This document shows positions 27,581 to 38,534 of a stretch of 60,795 bases of DNA, piece by piece. The stretch's first letter is position 1; every line of letters starts with the position of its first letter. The notes below the pieces were generated by a model. That model searched no databases and was not told the origin of the DNA. It saw only the letters and a program-made list of their open reading frames with translations. The translations under genes were made by a program, and so were the position numbers. The DNA lies in assembly GCA_937981915.1 (NCBI GenBank), contig CALJMD010000121.1, positions 1-60,795 of the forward strand, written 5' to 3'. Source of the stretch: an uncultured Acidimicrobiales bacterium. Its GTDB lineage: Bacteria > Actinomycetota > Acidimicrobiia > Acidimicrobiales > SZUA-35.

Positions 27581-29728
27581 TTAGGCGAAGGGTCCGTTGA
27601 CGAATGCCGAGGCGAAGACCAAGCTGACGATGGTCATGACCTGGATCAAGATGTTCATGGCCGGACCGGAGGTGTCCTTGAACGGATCGCCAACGGTGTC
27701 ACCGACCACGGCAGCCTTGTGAGGCTCAGAGCCTTTGCCGCCGTGATGGCCGGACTCGATGTACTTCTTCGCGTTGTCCCACGCACCACCGGCGTTGGCC
27801 ATGAAGATAGCCAGGGCGAAGCCGCTGACAAGGGCACCGGCAAGGAAACCGCCAAGTGCGTTGATGCCATTCGGGAGGAAGCCGATTGCCAGCGGAACAA
27901 TGATGGCCAAACCGCCGGGAATCACCATTTCGCGCAGTGAAGCCTGAGTGGAGATGGCAACGCATCGGGCCGAGTCGGGGACGACGCCCTCTTTGCCTTC
28001 GCGAAGTCCAGGGATTTCGCGGAATTGTCGACGTACTTCTTCGATCATTTCGTTGGCGGCTCGACCGACAGCGTCGATCGTGAGCGCAGCGAAGAGGAAG
28101 GGGAGCATGGCACCGGCGAACAGGCCGAGGAACACTTCGACCTGACCGATGTCAAGGTTCAAGGCAATCTCGCCGTCCGAAGCCGAGAAGACCGCGAATT
28201 CGAAGCTTTTGAACAGAGCCAAGGCGGTCAGGGCAGCAGAGCCAACAGCGAAGCCTTTGGCCACTGCAGCGGTGGTGTTGCCGAGAGAGTCGAGAGCGTC
28301 GGTGACTTCACGAACGCTTGGGTCCAACTCGGCCATTTCGGCGATTCCGCCGGCGTTATCAGCGATCGGACCGTAGGCGTCAACCGAGACGACGACGCCG
28401 GTGGTGGCCAACATGCCGATGGCGGCTACGGCAATGCCGTAAATGCCGCCGTCGAAGCCACGTCCGACGAGCTCATCGGCCAGAGCGATTTGACCGCCCC
28501 AGTAGGCGATGCCGATGCCGAACACGAGAAGAAGTACGGAAGCGGCAACAGAAATCATGCCGGAGGAGATGCCCTTGAGGATCGTGGTTGCCGGACCGGT
28601 CTCGCTCTGGGCGGCAATCTGCTTGACCGGCTTGAAGTGATCGGAGGTGTAGTACTCGGCGGTCTTGCCCAGCGCCCAGCCGACAATCAGGCCGCCGATT
28701 ACTGACATGGCCAGGCCAAGCGGGTTGTCGAAGTAGGCGCTGTCACCGAAGATCCAGAAGGCGCCGATCAGGGTTCCGACGACCGTGATGGCCATAGCAA
28801 CGTTGGTGCCCATGTGCAGAGCACGGCTGAGCGCGTGTGAATCGGTGGACGTGCCGCCCTTGACGAGGAATGAACCGATGATCGAAGCGATCATGCCGAT
28901 GAAGGCCACGTACATGGGGAAGATGAGCAGGGAGAGGACGCCGTCGCTGCCTGGTGCAGTATCTCCGGTGCCGTCGGCCAGAAGGCCGAGGCTGAAAGCG
29001 GTGAGTGCGACGGGGGCGATAATCGACCCGGCGTAGCTTTCGAACAGGTCAGCGCCCATGCCGGCCACATCGCCGACGTTGTCACCGACGTTGTCGGCGA
29101 TGGTTGCGGGGTTGCGAGGGTCGTCTTCGGGAATTCCGGCTTCTACCTTGCCGACCAGGTCGGCGCCGACGTCAGCGGCCTTGGTGTAGATGCCGCCACC
29201 CACACGAGAGAAAAGGGCAATCGATGAGGCGCCGAGACCAAATGCGGTCACGACTTCAAAGGCGTCGTCGACCTTCAGCCAGAGAACAAACACGATGTAG
29301 ACCAGCATCAAACCGGCCAAAGCGAGACCAGCGACCGAGAAGCCCATGACGGCACCGCCGCGGAATGCAATCGGTAGGGCCTTGCCGGGCCCTTCCTTAG
29401 CTGCTTCGGTGGTACGAGCGTTGGCCATTGTCGCCACGGTCATACCGGCATAGCCTGCCGTCGCCGACAGGACTGCGCCGATAATGTAGGTCGCAGCTGC
29501 AGGCAGGCTGATCAACGCAGCAATAAGGACAGCTAGAACAGCGACGAAGGCCGCCACCCAGGTGTACTCCTGGCGTAGAAAAGCCCGAGCACCGTTCTGG
29601 ATTTCCGTCATCAGGAAAACCATCCGCTCGTTGCCCGGGCTGGCCTTCTGTACATCTGTATAGAAGAAGCCAGCTAGGCCCAGGGCTGCGAGGGCGGAAA
29701 CAAAGGCAAGATAGGGAACGATTCCCAC
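27581..29728 (-). CDS. hppA: Membrane-bound ion-translocating pyrophosphatase (K+-dependent subfamily signature)
   Basis: 'DNVGDNVGDVAGMGADLFESY', 'GNTTAAVAKGFAVGSAAL' and 'DTVGDPFKDTSGPAMN', with about 15 TM segments. The motif reads GNTTAA rather than GNTTKA, which points to the K+-stimulated class. Confidence 0.95.
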   Translation of the reverse strand: MGIVPYLAFVSALAALGLAGFFYTDVQKASPGNERMVFLMTEIQNGARAFLRQEYTWVAAFVAVLAVLIAALISLPAAATYIIGAVLSATAGYAGMTVATMANARTTEAAKEGPGKALPIAFRGGAVMGFSVAGLALAGLMLVYIVFVLWLKVDDAFEVVTAFGLGASSIALFSRVGGGIYTKAADVGADLVGKVEAGIPEDDPRNPATIADNVGDNVGDVAGMGADLFESYAGSIIAPVALTAFSLGLLADGTGDTAPGSDGVLSLLIFPMYVAFIGMIASIIGSFLVKGGTSTDSHALSRALHMGTNVAMAITVVGTLIGAFWIFGDSAYFDNPLGLAMSVIGGLIVGWALGKTAEYYTSDHFKPVKQIAAQSETGPATTILKGISSGMISVAASVLLLVFGIGIAYWGGQIALADELVGRGFDGGIYGIAVAAIGMLATTGVVVSVDAYGPIADNAGGIAEMAELDPSVREVTDALDSLGNTTAAVAKGFAVGSAALTALALFKSFEFAVFSASDGEIALNLDIGQVEVFLGLFAGAMLPFLFAALTIDAVGRAANEMIEEVRRQFREIPGLREGKEGVVPDSARCVAISTQASLREMVIPGGLAIIVPLAIGFLPNGINALGGFLAGALVSGFALAIFMANAGGAWDNAKKYIESGHHGGKGSEPHKAAVVGDTVGDPFKDTSGPAMNILIQVMTIVSLVFASAFVNGPFA

Positions 29729-29865
29729 GACATTCCTCCAAGTAAGCGGACACAGGCCGCGATCAGTTGGCTGCGATGGCCAAGAGCGACTGCTGCAAGC
29801 TAGTTCCGTTAGGAAGCAACAACAACGGTCAGAACCGGATTTGGCCAGATAGCAACAGACAGAGC

Positions 29866-31365
29866 CTACTGGCTAGGGGCCGCGGAACGCGGTGAGATCG
29901 TCATCCAGCTTCCGAGGAGGGTGTCTCGAAGATGGATGGCGTCAAGGGTTCCCGTTGTTTCTCGGATGCTATGCATGGAGAGCTGGGGTGCTCCAAGGTC
30001 GACCGTGGGAATGCCGAGACGAGCCGCCGTGATTGGTCCGATGGTTGAACCGCAGGGAAGATCGTTGCGGTGATGGTAGAGCTGATGTGGAATGTCATGT
30101 TCCCGACAGACCCGCCGGATGAACGATTCGCTCAGTGCCTCGGTGGCATACCGCTGGTTGGCGTTTCGTTTAATGGCGACGCCGCCATTGATCTTGATGT
30201 TGTGGGTGGGATCGTGTCGGTCGGGGTAGTTCGGGTGAGTGGCGTGGGCCCCGTCGGCTGAGACGACGATTGACCGGTGACACGCGGCGAGAAATTCTGT
30301 GCGGTCCATTCCGGCAGTCGCTGCGATTCGCTCTAGTAGCGACCCAAGAAACGCTCCGGCAGCTCCAGTGGCGGACTGAGATCCGACTTCTTCATGGTCG
30401 TAGAGAACGAGAACCGGGATGGTGCCGGGCGCGGCGGAAGACTCTTGCGCAACGGTGGCCAGCGCATGTACGCCGGCGAAGGTCGACAGCAGATTGTCGA
30501 TGCGAGCCGATGCGATGAACTCTTCGTTGCCTCCGATGATGGCTGGTGGTTGAAGGTCAAATGCCATCAAGTCCCACGACAGGAGTTGGTCGGGGTGGGT
30601 ATTGGCAATGTCGGCCAGGAACCGCTTGAATCGTCCGGGTTTCTCCCCGTTGTCCCCGTTCTCCTGGTTGTGCTCGGTGTCGTCGTCGTTGTTGTGGTCG
30701 TGATCCGAGCCGTCAGCCAACGTCCAAATCGGCTTGAGATGTTTTTGGGGGTTCAGCGTGAGGCCGTTACGGGTCACGTCGCGGTCGAGGTGGATGGCCA
30801 ACTGTGGAACAGTTAGGACGGCTTCTTCGACTGACAGTAGGAGCTCTTGTAATTGGCCATCGGGAGACTCGTAGAGGACGCGACCTGCGATGCCCAAATC
30901 TCGGTTCAGCCAGGAGTTCGTGAGGACACCGCCGTATACCTCGACGTTCAACTGGTGATAGCCGGAGCCGTCGGTGTCGGCGTTTCCCTTTATCCGAAGA
31001 TTGGGAGAGTCGGTGTGTGCGCCCACGATGGTGAACGAAGTGTCCAACGAGACGTCGTCAGGGTGAATCCACGCCGTCAGCGATCCACCGCTCGCCGCGT
31101 AGTATGCGCCGGGTCGGTTCGGGAGCGGCCCGGCGAGGTCGACCTCGGTGAAGCCGCAGGCCGCTAGGTGTTCGATCGACCGCTGGACCGCGTGGTAAGG
31201 GGTCGGGCTGGTTTCCAGGTCCTGTAGGAGCTCAACGATGAAGGTGCGGTCACCTTCTGGCCGTGAATCGAGCACGGACGGCCCTAGTTGTGGTCTCGCA
31301 ATCACGATCTTCGCTGTTGAGTCGTCGCTCTGCGAGCTTCCCTTTGCTTCCATCGCGTCCACCAT
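29866..31365 (-). CDS. M18 family aminopeptidase (aspartyl aminopeptidase-like, ApeB/PepC type)
   Basis: 'SPTPYHAV', 'IVGAHTDSPNLRIK', 'VPQLAIHL', 'YDHEEVGS', 'ADGAHATHPNYPDRH' and 'DLPCGSTIGP'. The ORF is open to 31509. ATG 31365, 31353 or 31434 are candidate starts and the choice is uncertain. Confidence 0.88.
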   Translation of the reverse strand: MVDAMEAKGSSQSDDSTAKIVIARPQLGPSVLDSRPEGDRTFIVELLQDLETSPTPYHAVQRSIEHLAACGFTEVDLAGPLPNRPGAYYAASGGSLTAWIHPDDVSLDTSFTIVGAHTDSPNLRIKGNADTDGSGYHQLNVEVYGGVLTNSWLNRDLGIAGRVLYESPDGQLQELLLSVEEAVLTVPQLAIHLDRDVTRNGLTLNPQKHLKPIWTLADGSDHDHNNDDDTEHNQENGDNGEKPGRFKRFLADIANTHPDQLLSWDLMAFDLQPPAIIGGNEEFIASARIDNLLSTFAGVHALATVAQESSAAPGTIPVLVLYDHEEVGSQSATGAAGAFLGSLLERIAATAGMDRTEFLAACHRSIVVSADGAHATHPNYPDRHDPTHNIKINGGVAIKRNANQRYATEALSESFIRRVCREHDIPHQLYHHRNDLPCGSTIGPITAARLGIPTVDLGAPQLSMHSIRETTGTLDAIHLRDTLLGSWMTISPRSAAPSQ

Positions 31366-31636
31366 AACCGACCGCCCCAGACGCTCGATGGCCTCTAAAC
31401 AGCCGAGACAGTATTGTTGGCGCGTATTGGTCATCGCCAGTAGAGATATGGACTTGCTGGAGAACCTGTGAGTGCGATAACTTAGAAGTCGCGCGGCGTA
31501 CCGAGCCATGTCCGGATCGATGCATGATCTGGCGACTCTTGCCTTCGGTTCCCCTCAGCCCGGGCCAATGTCGTCCCCAAACCCCGACAGCGCTGTCGGA
31601 ACACGTATCTAAACGCCCTCGGACGAAATTGGAGGA

Positions 31637-34600
31637 GTGTTGCTTCAGCAACCCGGACCCCAAGGCCTTTACGACCCCCGCTACGAACACGACGCATGCG
31701 GAGTGGCCTTTGTCGCAGACCTTAACGGTCGCGCCAGCAATGCCATTGTCCGAAACGGACTCGATGCCCTGCTAAACCTGCAGCATCGCGGCGCAACCAA
31801 CGCAGAACCAAACACTGGTGATGGCGCCGGACTATTGATACAGGTACCCGATCTCTTCTTTCGCAGTCTGATCGATGAGCTACCGGCGGCCGGTCACTAT
31901 GCCACCGGAATCGCTTTCCTGCCGCCGACCACAGAGCTGTGCCAGCGGTCGATGGGACTGATCGACGCCATCATGGAAGAAGAGGGCCTTCGGGTAGTCG
32001 GGTGGCGAGAGGTTCCGGTCAACCCCGAGTCCCTGGGCTCACAAGCTCTCGGCGTCATGCCGTCGTTCCGGCAGATCTTCGTTAGCGACGCCGATGGTGA
32101 CGCCTCCGGTTTGGAACTCGACCGCAAAGTGTTCGTTGCCCGCAAGCGAGCCGAGCACGAACTGGCTCCCGAACTCGGAGTAGGAACCTACTTCGCCAGC
32201 CTGAGCTCGCGAACCTTTGTTTACAAAGGAATGCTCACCACGCCACAGTTGGAGTCGTTCTTTCCCGACCTGGGTGATGAACGCATTGAGAGTGGAGTCG
32301 CTCTGGTTCACTCTCGATTCTCGACCAACACCTTCCCGTCGTGGCCCCGAGCACATCCATACCGATTCGTGGCCCACAACGGCGAAATCAACACCGTTAT
32401 GGGAAACCGCAATTGGATGCGAGCCCGAGAATCGCTGCTGGCCGCCGATCACTGGGGCGAGCGGATCAATCGCCTGTTCCCCGTGTGCACTGACGGCGCC
32501 TCCGACACAGCGAGTTTGGACGAGGCGCTGGAGCTACTCCACCTCGGCGGCTATCCGATTCACCAAGCCGTGCTCATGATGATCCCCGAAGCGTGGGAAG
32601 GCAACCCGAACATTCCCGACGATCAGCGGGCGTTCTACGACTTCTATTCATCCGGCATGGAACCGTGGGACGGCCCGGCCTCAGTCACGTTCACCGACGG
32701 CAAGACGGTTGGGGCGATACTCGACCGAAACGGTCTGCGTCCAAGCCGGTATTGGGTGACTACTGATGGGAGGGTCATCATGGCCTCCGAAGTCGGTGTC
32801 CTTGATGTCGATCCATCCCAGATAGCCCGCAAGGGGCGTCTTGAGCCGGGCAAAATGTTTCTGGTCGACACCGAACAGGGTCGGATCGTTGATGACGACG
32901 AGATTATGTCGGAACTGGCTTCCCGAAACCCGTACTCCGAGTGGCTCAACGAGCGGGTGTACCTTGACGATTTGCCGCCAGCTGCAGAGAACACTTCGAC
33001 CGCCATCGAACGTGACCAGCTGCTGGCCGAACAATCGGCCAACGGCTACACACTCGAAGAACTCGACCTCCTGGTCGACCCGATGGCCTCGGAAGGCAAG
33101 GAAAACATCGGGTCGATGGGAACCGACACGCCTCCTGCGGTGCTGTCGAATCGACCACGGGTGCTGTTCGACTATTTCAGCCAACTCTTCGCCCAGGTTA
33201 CGAACCCCCCGCTGGACGCGATCCGCGAAGAACTGGTAACCAGCCACCGGGTACTCATCGGCCCATCAGCCAACGTGCTCGTGCCGGGTCCGCAATGGTG
33301 CAAGCAACTAGTGCTTGACCACCCGATTATGACGTCGGCGACGCTTGAACGAATCAAAGCGGCCGGTGGAGAGCCGAAGCTTGCCCACCTCACGGTCACC
33401 GAACTCGTCGGCCTTTACCCGGTCGAAGACGGAGCCGATGGTTTGCACAGCGTCCTCGACAGACTTCGGGATCAAGCATCCGAAGCGGTCCGGGCAGGGG
33501 CGACCGTGCTCGTCATCTCGAACCGAGGGGCCACTAGTGATCTAGCTCCGGTCCCTTCCCTGCTTCTGACCGGCGCCATCCACCACCACCTGACCCGTGA
33601 AAAGCTGCGTACGCAGGTTGGACTTGTCGTTGAAGCTGCTGACGCCAAGGAGGTCCACCATTTCGCGCTGTTGCTGGGCTGTGGGGCTAACGCCATCTGC
33701 CCCTCTCTGGTGTTCGAAACGATCTATGATCGCCTCTCCACTGGACGACTCTCCGGGTCGACGTCGTCGGCCGAAGCCCACTACATCAAGGCGGCTTCGA
33801 AAGGCATTATCAAGGTCATGTCCAAGATGGGCATCTCGACGGTGGCGTCGTACACAGGGGCGCAAATCTTTGAGGCCCTCGGCTTGGACCAAGATCTCGT
33901 CGATGAGTACTTCACCGGGGTCACTTCCAAGCTTGGCGGCATCGGACTGGCCGAGATTGCTCTCGAGTGTCAGATGCGACACCGCCGAGCGTTCCCCGAA
34001 CGTGGAGAATCGTTAGCCCACCGGGAGCTGGACGCCGGGGGAGAGTATCGCTGGCGACGTGAAGGCGAATACCACCTGTTTAATCCAGAGACGGTCTTCA
34101 AACTCCAGCACGCCACTCGAAGCGAACGCTTCGACGTCTTCAAAGAGTACACCGAACTGGTCGACGGCCAAGCCGAGCGTCTGGCCACCCTGCGTGGACT
34201 GTTCAAACTGCGATCCGACCGCGCCGCTATCCCTGTGGATCAAGTTGAGCCGGCAACCGAAATCTTCAAACGTTTCGCCACCGGCGCCATGAGCTACGGC
34301 TCGATTTCGGCTGAAGCGCACGAAACCCTAGCTATCGCCATGAACCGGCTAGGTGGAAAGTCGAACACCGGTGAAGGTGGTGAAGATCCGGAACGGTTCG
34401 TCACCATGGAAAATGGCGACTCGAAGCGCTCGGCGATCAAACAGGTGGCTTCGGGCCGCTTTGGTGTCACGGCCGAGTACCTGACCAACTCCGATGACAT
34501 CCAGATCAAAATGGCGCAGGGAGCCAAGCCGGGTGAAGGCGGGCAACTTCCGGGACCCAAGGTCTATCCCTGGATTGCCAAGACCCGGCACTCCACGCCC

Positions 34601-36190
34601 GGGGTTGGCCTCATCTCGCCGCCACCGCATCACGACATCTACTCCATTGAAGATCTCGCCCAGCTGATTCACGACCTGAAGAACGCCAACCCGACGGCCA
34701 GAGTCCACGTCAAGTTGGTGGCCGAGGTGGGCGTTGGAACGGTTGCCGCCGGTGTCTCCAAGGCTAAGTCGGACGTCGTCTTGATTTCGGGCCACGACGG
34801 AGGAACCGGAGCGTCGCCTCTCACCTCTTTGAAACATGCCGGAGGACCCTGGGAGCTCGGCTTGGCCGAGACCCAACAAACGTTGCTACTCAACGACCTT
34901 CGAGACCGGATAGTGGTACAGGTAGACGGTCAGTTGAAGACCGGGCGTGACGTGGTGATCGCCGCTCTACTTGGTGCCGAAGAGTTCGGCTTCGCCACCG
35001 CTCCTCTTGTGGTATCTGGGTGTGTGATGATGAGGGTTTGTCACCTCGATACCTGTCCGGTAGGGGTGGCCACTCAGAATCCGGAACTCCGGGCGAAATT
35101 CTCCGGTCAGCCGGAGTTCGTTGAAACGTTCTTCGAATACATCGCCGAAGAGGTTCGACAGTACTTGGCCGAGCTTGGGTTCCGATCGCTGGAAGAGGCG
35201 ATGGGGCATGTGGAGTGCCTGGACACCGAGGCTGCCATCGAACACTGGAAGGCCTCCGGGGTCGACCTGACTCCGATTCTCTATGTGCCTGAGTTGGAGG
35301 ACGGTGAGTCCCGTATCTCTCGACAGAAGCAAGATCATGGTTTGGATGCGGCCCTCGATAACACCTTGATTGCCGAGGCGCGCGAGGCGATCGAAACCGG
35401 CTTCCCGATCGCCATGTCGTATCCGATTTCAAACACAAATCGGACCGTGGGCACGATGCTCGGCCATGAGGTCACGAAGCGTCACGGAGGCGCCGGACTC
35501 CCGGCCGACACCATCACCATCAACTTCGCCGGCTCGGCCGGGCAGTCATTCGGGGCGTTCGTACCCAGTGGCATCACACTGCGACTGGAAGGCGACGCCA
35601 ACGACTACCTCGGTAAAGGTCTGTCCGGCGGACGTCTCGCTCTGCGAGCTCCCGCTACATCGACCTTCGAGCCCCGGGATAACGTCATCGCCGGCAACGT
35701 CATCCTGTACGGGGCCACTAGTGGTCAGGCGTTCATCGAAGGTCGCGTTGGTGAGCGGTTCTGCGTGCGCAACTCGGGCGCTGAAGCGGTAGTGGAAGGC
35801 GTAGGTGATCACGGTTGCGAGTACATGACCGGCGGTGTAGCCATCGTGCTTGGCGCTACGGGCCGAAACTTCGGCGCTGGCATGTCCGGGGGAGTGGCCT
35901 ATGTCTATGACCCCCACGGCGCCCTTCCATCGAACCTGAACGGAGAGATGGTCCAGTTGGAGAAGCTTGACAGTGAGGACTACGCCACGGTCCAGCGTCT
36001 GGTGACGACCCATGTGGCTGAAACTGCATCGACGCTGGGGAGCGAATTGCTCGAAGCATGGGATGAGCACCGGCGACACTTCGTCAAGGTGATGCCAACA
36101 GACTATCGACGGGTCTTAGAGGCCCGTGAACGAGCCGAGCAACTCGGTCTCGACCCGACCAGGGCAATGATGGAGGCCACAAATGGGTGA
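31637..36190 (+). CDS. gltB: Glutamate synthase large subunit
   Basis: N-terminal '[10 protein letters not shown]' (Ntn amidotransferase Cys), an FMN/3Fe-4S central domain ('[12 protein letters not shown]', '[15 protein letters not shown]') and a C-terminal GXGXG domain. Confidence 0.97.
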   Translation: MLLQQPGPQGLYDPRYEHDACGVAFVADLNGRASNAIVRNGLDALLNLQHRGATNAEPNTGDGAGLLIQVPDLFFRSLIDELPAAGHYATGIAFLPPTTELCQRSMGLIDAIMEEEGLRVVGWREVPVNPESLGSQALGVMPSFRQIFVSDADGDASGLELDRKVFVARKRAEHELAPELGVGTYFASLSSRTFVYKGMLTTPQLESFFPDLGDERIESGVALVHSRFSTNTFPSWPRAHPYRFVAHNGEINTVMGNRNWMRARESLLAADHWGERINRLFPVCTDGASDTASLDEALELLHLGGYPIHQAVLMMIPEAWEGNPNIPDDQRAFYDFYSSGMEPWDGPASVTFTDGKTVGAILDRNGLRPSRYWVTTDGRVIMASEVGVLDVDPSQIARKGRLEPGKMFLVDTEQGRIVDDDEIMSELASRNPYSEWLNERVYLDDLPPAAENTSTAIERDQLLAEQSANGYTLEELDLLVDPMASEGKENIGSMGTDTPPAVLSNRPRVLFDYFSQLFAQVTNPPLDAIREELVTSHRVLIGPSANVLVPGPQWCKQLVLDHPIMTSATLERIKAAGGEPKLAHLTVTELVGLYPVEDGADGLHSVLDRLRDQASEAVRAGATVLVISNRGATSDLAPVPSLLLTGAIHHHLTREKLRTQVGLVVEAADAKEVHHFALLLGCGANAICPSLVFETIYDRLSTGRLSGSTSSAEAHYIKAASKGIIKVMSKMGISTVASYTGAQIFEALGLDQDLVDEYFTGVTSKLGGIGLAEIALECQMRHRRAFPERGESLAHRELDAGGEYRWRREGEYHLFNPETVFKLQHATRSERFDVFKEYTELVDGQAERLATLRGLFKLRSDRAAIPVDQVEPATEIFKRFATGAMSYGSISAEAHETLAIAMNRLGGKSNTGEGGEDPERFVTMENGDSKRSAIKQVASGRFGVTAEYLTNSDDIQIKMAQGAKPGEGGQLPGPKVYPWIAKTRHSTPGVGLISPPPHHDIYSIEDLAQLIHDLKNANPTARVHVKLVAEVGVGTVAAGVSKAKSDVVLISGHDGGTGASPLTSLKHAGGPWELGLAETQQTLLLNDLRDRIVVQVDGQLKTGRDVVIAALLGAEEFGFATAPLVVSGCVMMRVCHLDTCPVGVATQNPELRAKFSGQPEFVETFFEYIAEEVRQYLAELGFRSLEEAMGHVECLDTEAAIEHWKASGVDLTPILYVPELEDGESRISRQKQDHGLDAALDNTLIAEAREAIETGFPIAMSYPISNTNRTVGTMLGHEVTKRHGGAGLPADTITINFAGSAGQSFGAFVPSGITLRLEGDANDYLGKGLSGGRLALRAPATSTFEPRDNVIAGNVILYGATSGQAFIEGRVGERFCVRNSGAEAVVEGVGDHGCEYMTGGVAIVLGATGRNFGAGMSGGVAYVYDPHGALPSNLNGEMVQLEKLDSEDYATVQRLVTTHVAETASTLGSELLEAWDEHRRHFVKVMPTDYRRVLEARERAEQLGLDPTRAMMEATNG

Positions 36191-37658
36191 TCCGAAGGGT
36201 TTCTTGACGGTAGAGCGCAAGACACCGTCCTCTCGACCGGTTCCCGTCCGCCTCAGGGACTGGCGCGAAGTGTACGAGCCGATGTCCACCCAGGAATTAG
36301 CCGATCAAGCATCTCGTTGTATGGACTGTGGTATTCCGTTCTGCAATCACGGATGTCCATTGGGCAATCTCATTCCCGACTGGAACGACTTGGTGTACCG
36401 GGACGACTGGCAGCGAGCAATCGAAGCTCTTCACGCCACGAACAACTTCCCGGAATTTACTGGCCGACTGTGTCCTGCGCCCTGTGAGGCCGCCTGCGTT
36501 GCCGGGATAAATACCGACGCCGTCACCATCAAAAACATTGAGCTGAGCATCATCGAACGGGCTTGGGACGAGGGATGGGTGGTGCCGGTTATCGCTTCCA
36601 AGCGAACCGGCAAGAGCGTAGCGGTCGTGGGTTCGGGGCCGGCCGGTCTAGCAGCGGCCCAGCAACTGACGCGGGCTGGACACCAGGTGACAGTCTTTGA
36701 ACGGGCGGATCGAATTGGAGGCTTGCTTCGCTACGGGATTCCCGAGTTCAAAATGGAAAAGCGAATACTCGACCGTCGACTGGAACAGATGGAAGCGGAA
36801 GGAACCGTCTTTCGTACTAACGCCGATGTCGGAGGTCCGGCTGGCTCACCACAGTCGGTCGCCGTGGACGAACTGCGCCGAGAATTCGACGCCATCGTGG
36901 TAGCTGGTGGCGCAACCGATTGGCGGGATCTGCCGATCCCGGGCCGAGAGTTGGATGGCGTCCACCAGGCGATGGAATACCTGCCTCACGCCAATCGCGT
37001 TCAGGAAGGCGACCTTGACGAACCGCCGCTGTCGGCTACAGACAAGTCGGTGATCATCATCGGTGGCGGAGACACCGGTGCAGACTGCCTGGGCACGGCG
37101 AATCGGCAGGGAGCCAAATCGGTGCACCAGTTCGAGATCATGCCTCAACCCCCGGAATCTCGCGCCGACACCACACCATGGCCGACATGGCCGTTGATGC
37201 TCCGCACCTCGTCTGCCCACGAAGAGGGCGTGGTGCGGATGTATTCGGTCAGCACTACTGAGTTCGTCGGTCGAAATGGTCAGGTGACAGCGCTACGCGG
37301 TCACGAGGTTGAGGTGACTTTCGATGCTGGGCGGCCGAGCTTTGACAAAATCGACGGCACCGACTTCGAACTCGATGCCGATCTTGTGCTGCTGGCAATG
37401 GGCTTTACCGGCCCCGAGGCCACCGGAGCGGTAGCCGAGCTCGGCCTTGAGATGGCCGGACCGAATGTGAAGCGAGACGACAACTGGCGTTCGTCCGATG
37501 ATCAGGTGTTTGTGTGCGGTGACATGGGTCGAGGCCAGAGTTTGATTGTTTGGGCAATCGCCGAAGGACGTTCGTGTGCCGCCTCGGTGGATGAGGCGCT
37601 GATGGGTGACACCGATCTCCCCACACCGGTTCGCCCTGGCGATCGGCCGCTACGTTAA
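36183..37658 (+). CDS. gltD: Glutamate synthase small subunit (NADPH)
   Basis: Fe-S Cys clusters ('[10 protein letters not shown]', 'CPAPCEAAC'), '[14 protein letters not shown]' and '[13 protein letters not shown]'. It overlaps the gltB stop by 8 nt. Confidence 0.96.
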   Translation: MGDPKGFLTVERKTPSSRPVPVRLRDWREVYEPMSTQELADQASRCMDCGIPFCNHGCPLGNLIPDWNDLVYRDDWQRAIEALHATNNFPEFTGRLCPAPCEAACVAGINTDAVTIKNIELSIIERAWDEGWVVPVIASKRTGKSVAVVGSGPAGLAAAQQLTRAGHQVTVFERADRIGGLLRYGIPEFKMEKRILDRRLEQMEAEGTVFRTNADVGGPAGSPQSVAVDELRREFDAIVVAGGATDWRDLPIPGRELDGVHQAMEYLPHANRVQEGDLDEPPLSATDKSVIIIGGGDTGADCLGTANRQGAKSVHQFEIMPQPPESRADTTPWPTWPLMLRTSSAHEEGVVRMYSVSTTEFVGRNGQVTALRGHEVEVTFDAGRPSFDKIDGTDFELDADLVLLAMGFTGPEATGAVAELGLEMAGPNVKRDDNWRSSDDQVFVCGDMGRGQSLIVWAIAEGRSCAASVDEALMGDTDLPTPVRPGDRPLR

Positions 37659-37692
37659 AGCCGCCCGACAACACCGTCTGATGAAGCGCTCA

Positions 37693-38421
37693 TCAGCGTT
37701 CGTCACCGGGCTCGATCAGTCCTTCCAACAGGAACCGGTAGAGCGTCGAACACACCTGAAAAGCCGAAGCATCAGTGGCCGATACAAGATCGGCCACTGT
37801 TCGGTTTCCGTCGACCAATGCCAGATACTCCCAGTCGTCGGCAAGAATCTCGGTACTTGCGGTGTCGTCCGGTAGGCGTCGGCAGAGTTTGTAAACAGCT
37901 GACGTAGAGGGCACATGTTCGGCTATTTCCCGCCAGATCTCCATACGTTGCTCAGCTCTAGCGACCAGGGCCTCTGTGTCGTGGCTGAGCTCAGCACCAA
38001 CGGCATGAGTCTCACCGGGCTGAAAGAAGAACCCGGCTTCGGACGGAATGAGTAGCTCAAACACGGCGTTCAAGTTGTACTCGTATAACATCCGTGCGAC
38101 CCGTCGAGCGAGCTGAGGCTCGGCGGTCAACAGCATGGCTAAAAGGGACGGCGAGGTCTCCGATCGTGCCATGGCCAACGACTCGATGTAGCCGACAGAC
38201 CCGATGCCGGCGCTGCTAAGTACGGTCGCCACCGAGGCGGCGTTTGGACTGGAGGCCAGATACAGGCGACCTTCGGACAGCCAGATCTCGTCTCCTCCTT
38301 CCAGCTGGAGCACTCCTGTGCGCTGTGCCCCCGCCAGGGTCCTAAGGAGGGTTGGAAGGGGAAAGTCCCGAAGTGAACCCTGTAATGCCTCGTCGACTGC
38401 TGCTAGTACCACACCGTCCAT
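37693..38421 (-). CDS. DUF4388 (PATAN-like) domain-containing protein
   Basis: N-terminal 'LQGSLRDFPLPTLLRTLAGAQRTGVLQLEGGDEIWLSEGRL' is the DUF4388 signature. It is transcribed divergently from the conservon operon. Confidence 0.7.
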   Translation of the reverse strand: MDGVVLAAVDEALQGSLRDFPLPTLLRTLAGAQRTGVLQLEGGDEIWLSEGRLYLASSPNAASVATVLSSAGIGSVGYIESLAMARSETSPSLLAMLLTAEPQLARRVARMLYEYNLNAVFELLIPSEAGFFFQPGETHAVGAELSHDTEALVARAEQRMEIWREIAEHVPSTSAVYKLCRRLPDDTASTEILADDWEYLALVDGNRTVADLVSATDASAFQVCSTLYRFLLEGLIEPGDER

Positions 38422-38534
38422 TCGGCCGTTGTCGTCAATCGTTTAAGTGATTCGCTCGGCTTAAGTCAGGAGTTTGACGGCCGATCCAATTAGCTGACGG
38501 TCATCAAGCAAATGACTTCGATTGGTCAGTCACA

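Noticed and set aside
31596-31616. A GlnR-type box (GGAAC-n7-TAAAC) upstream of gltB
   Set aside because: It has only two weak AAC-ending half-sites with non-canonical spacing. I cannot distinguish it from chance without a genome-wide motif model, so it is mentioned only as context for the adjacent palindrome.
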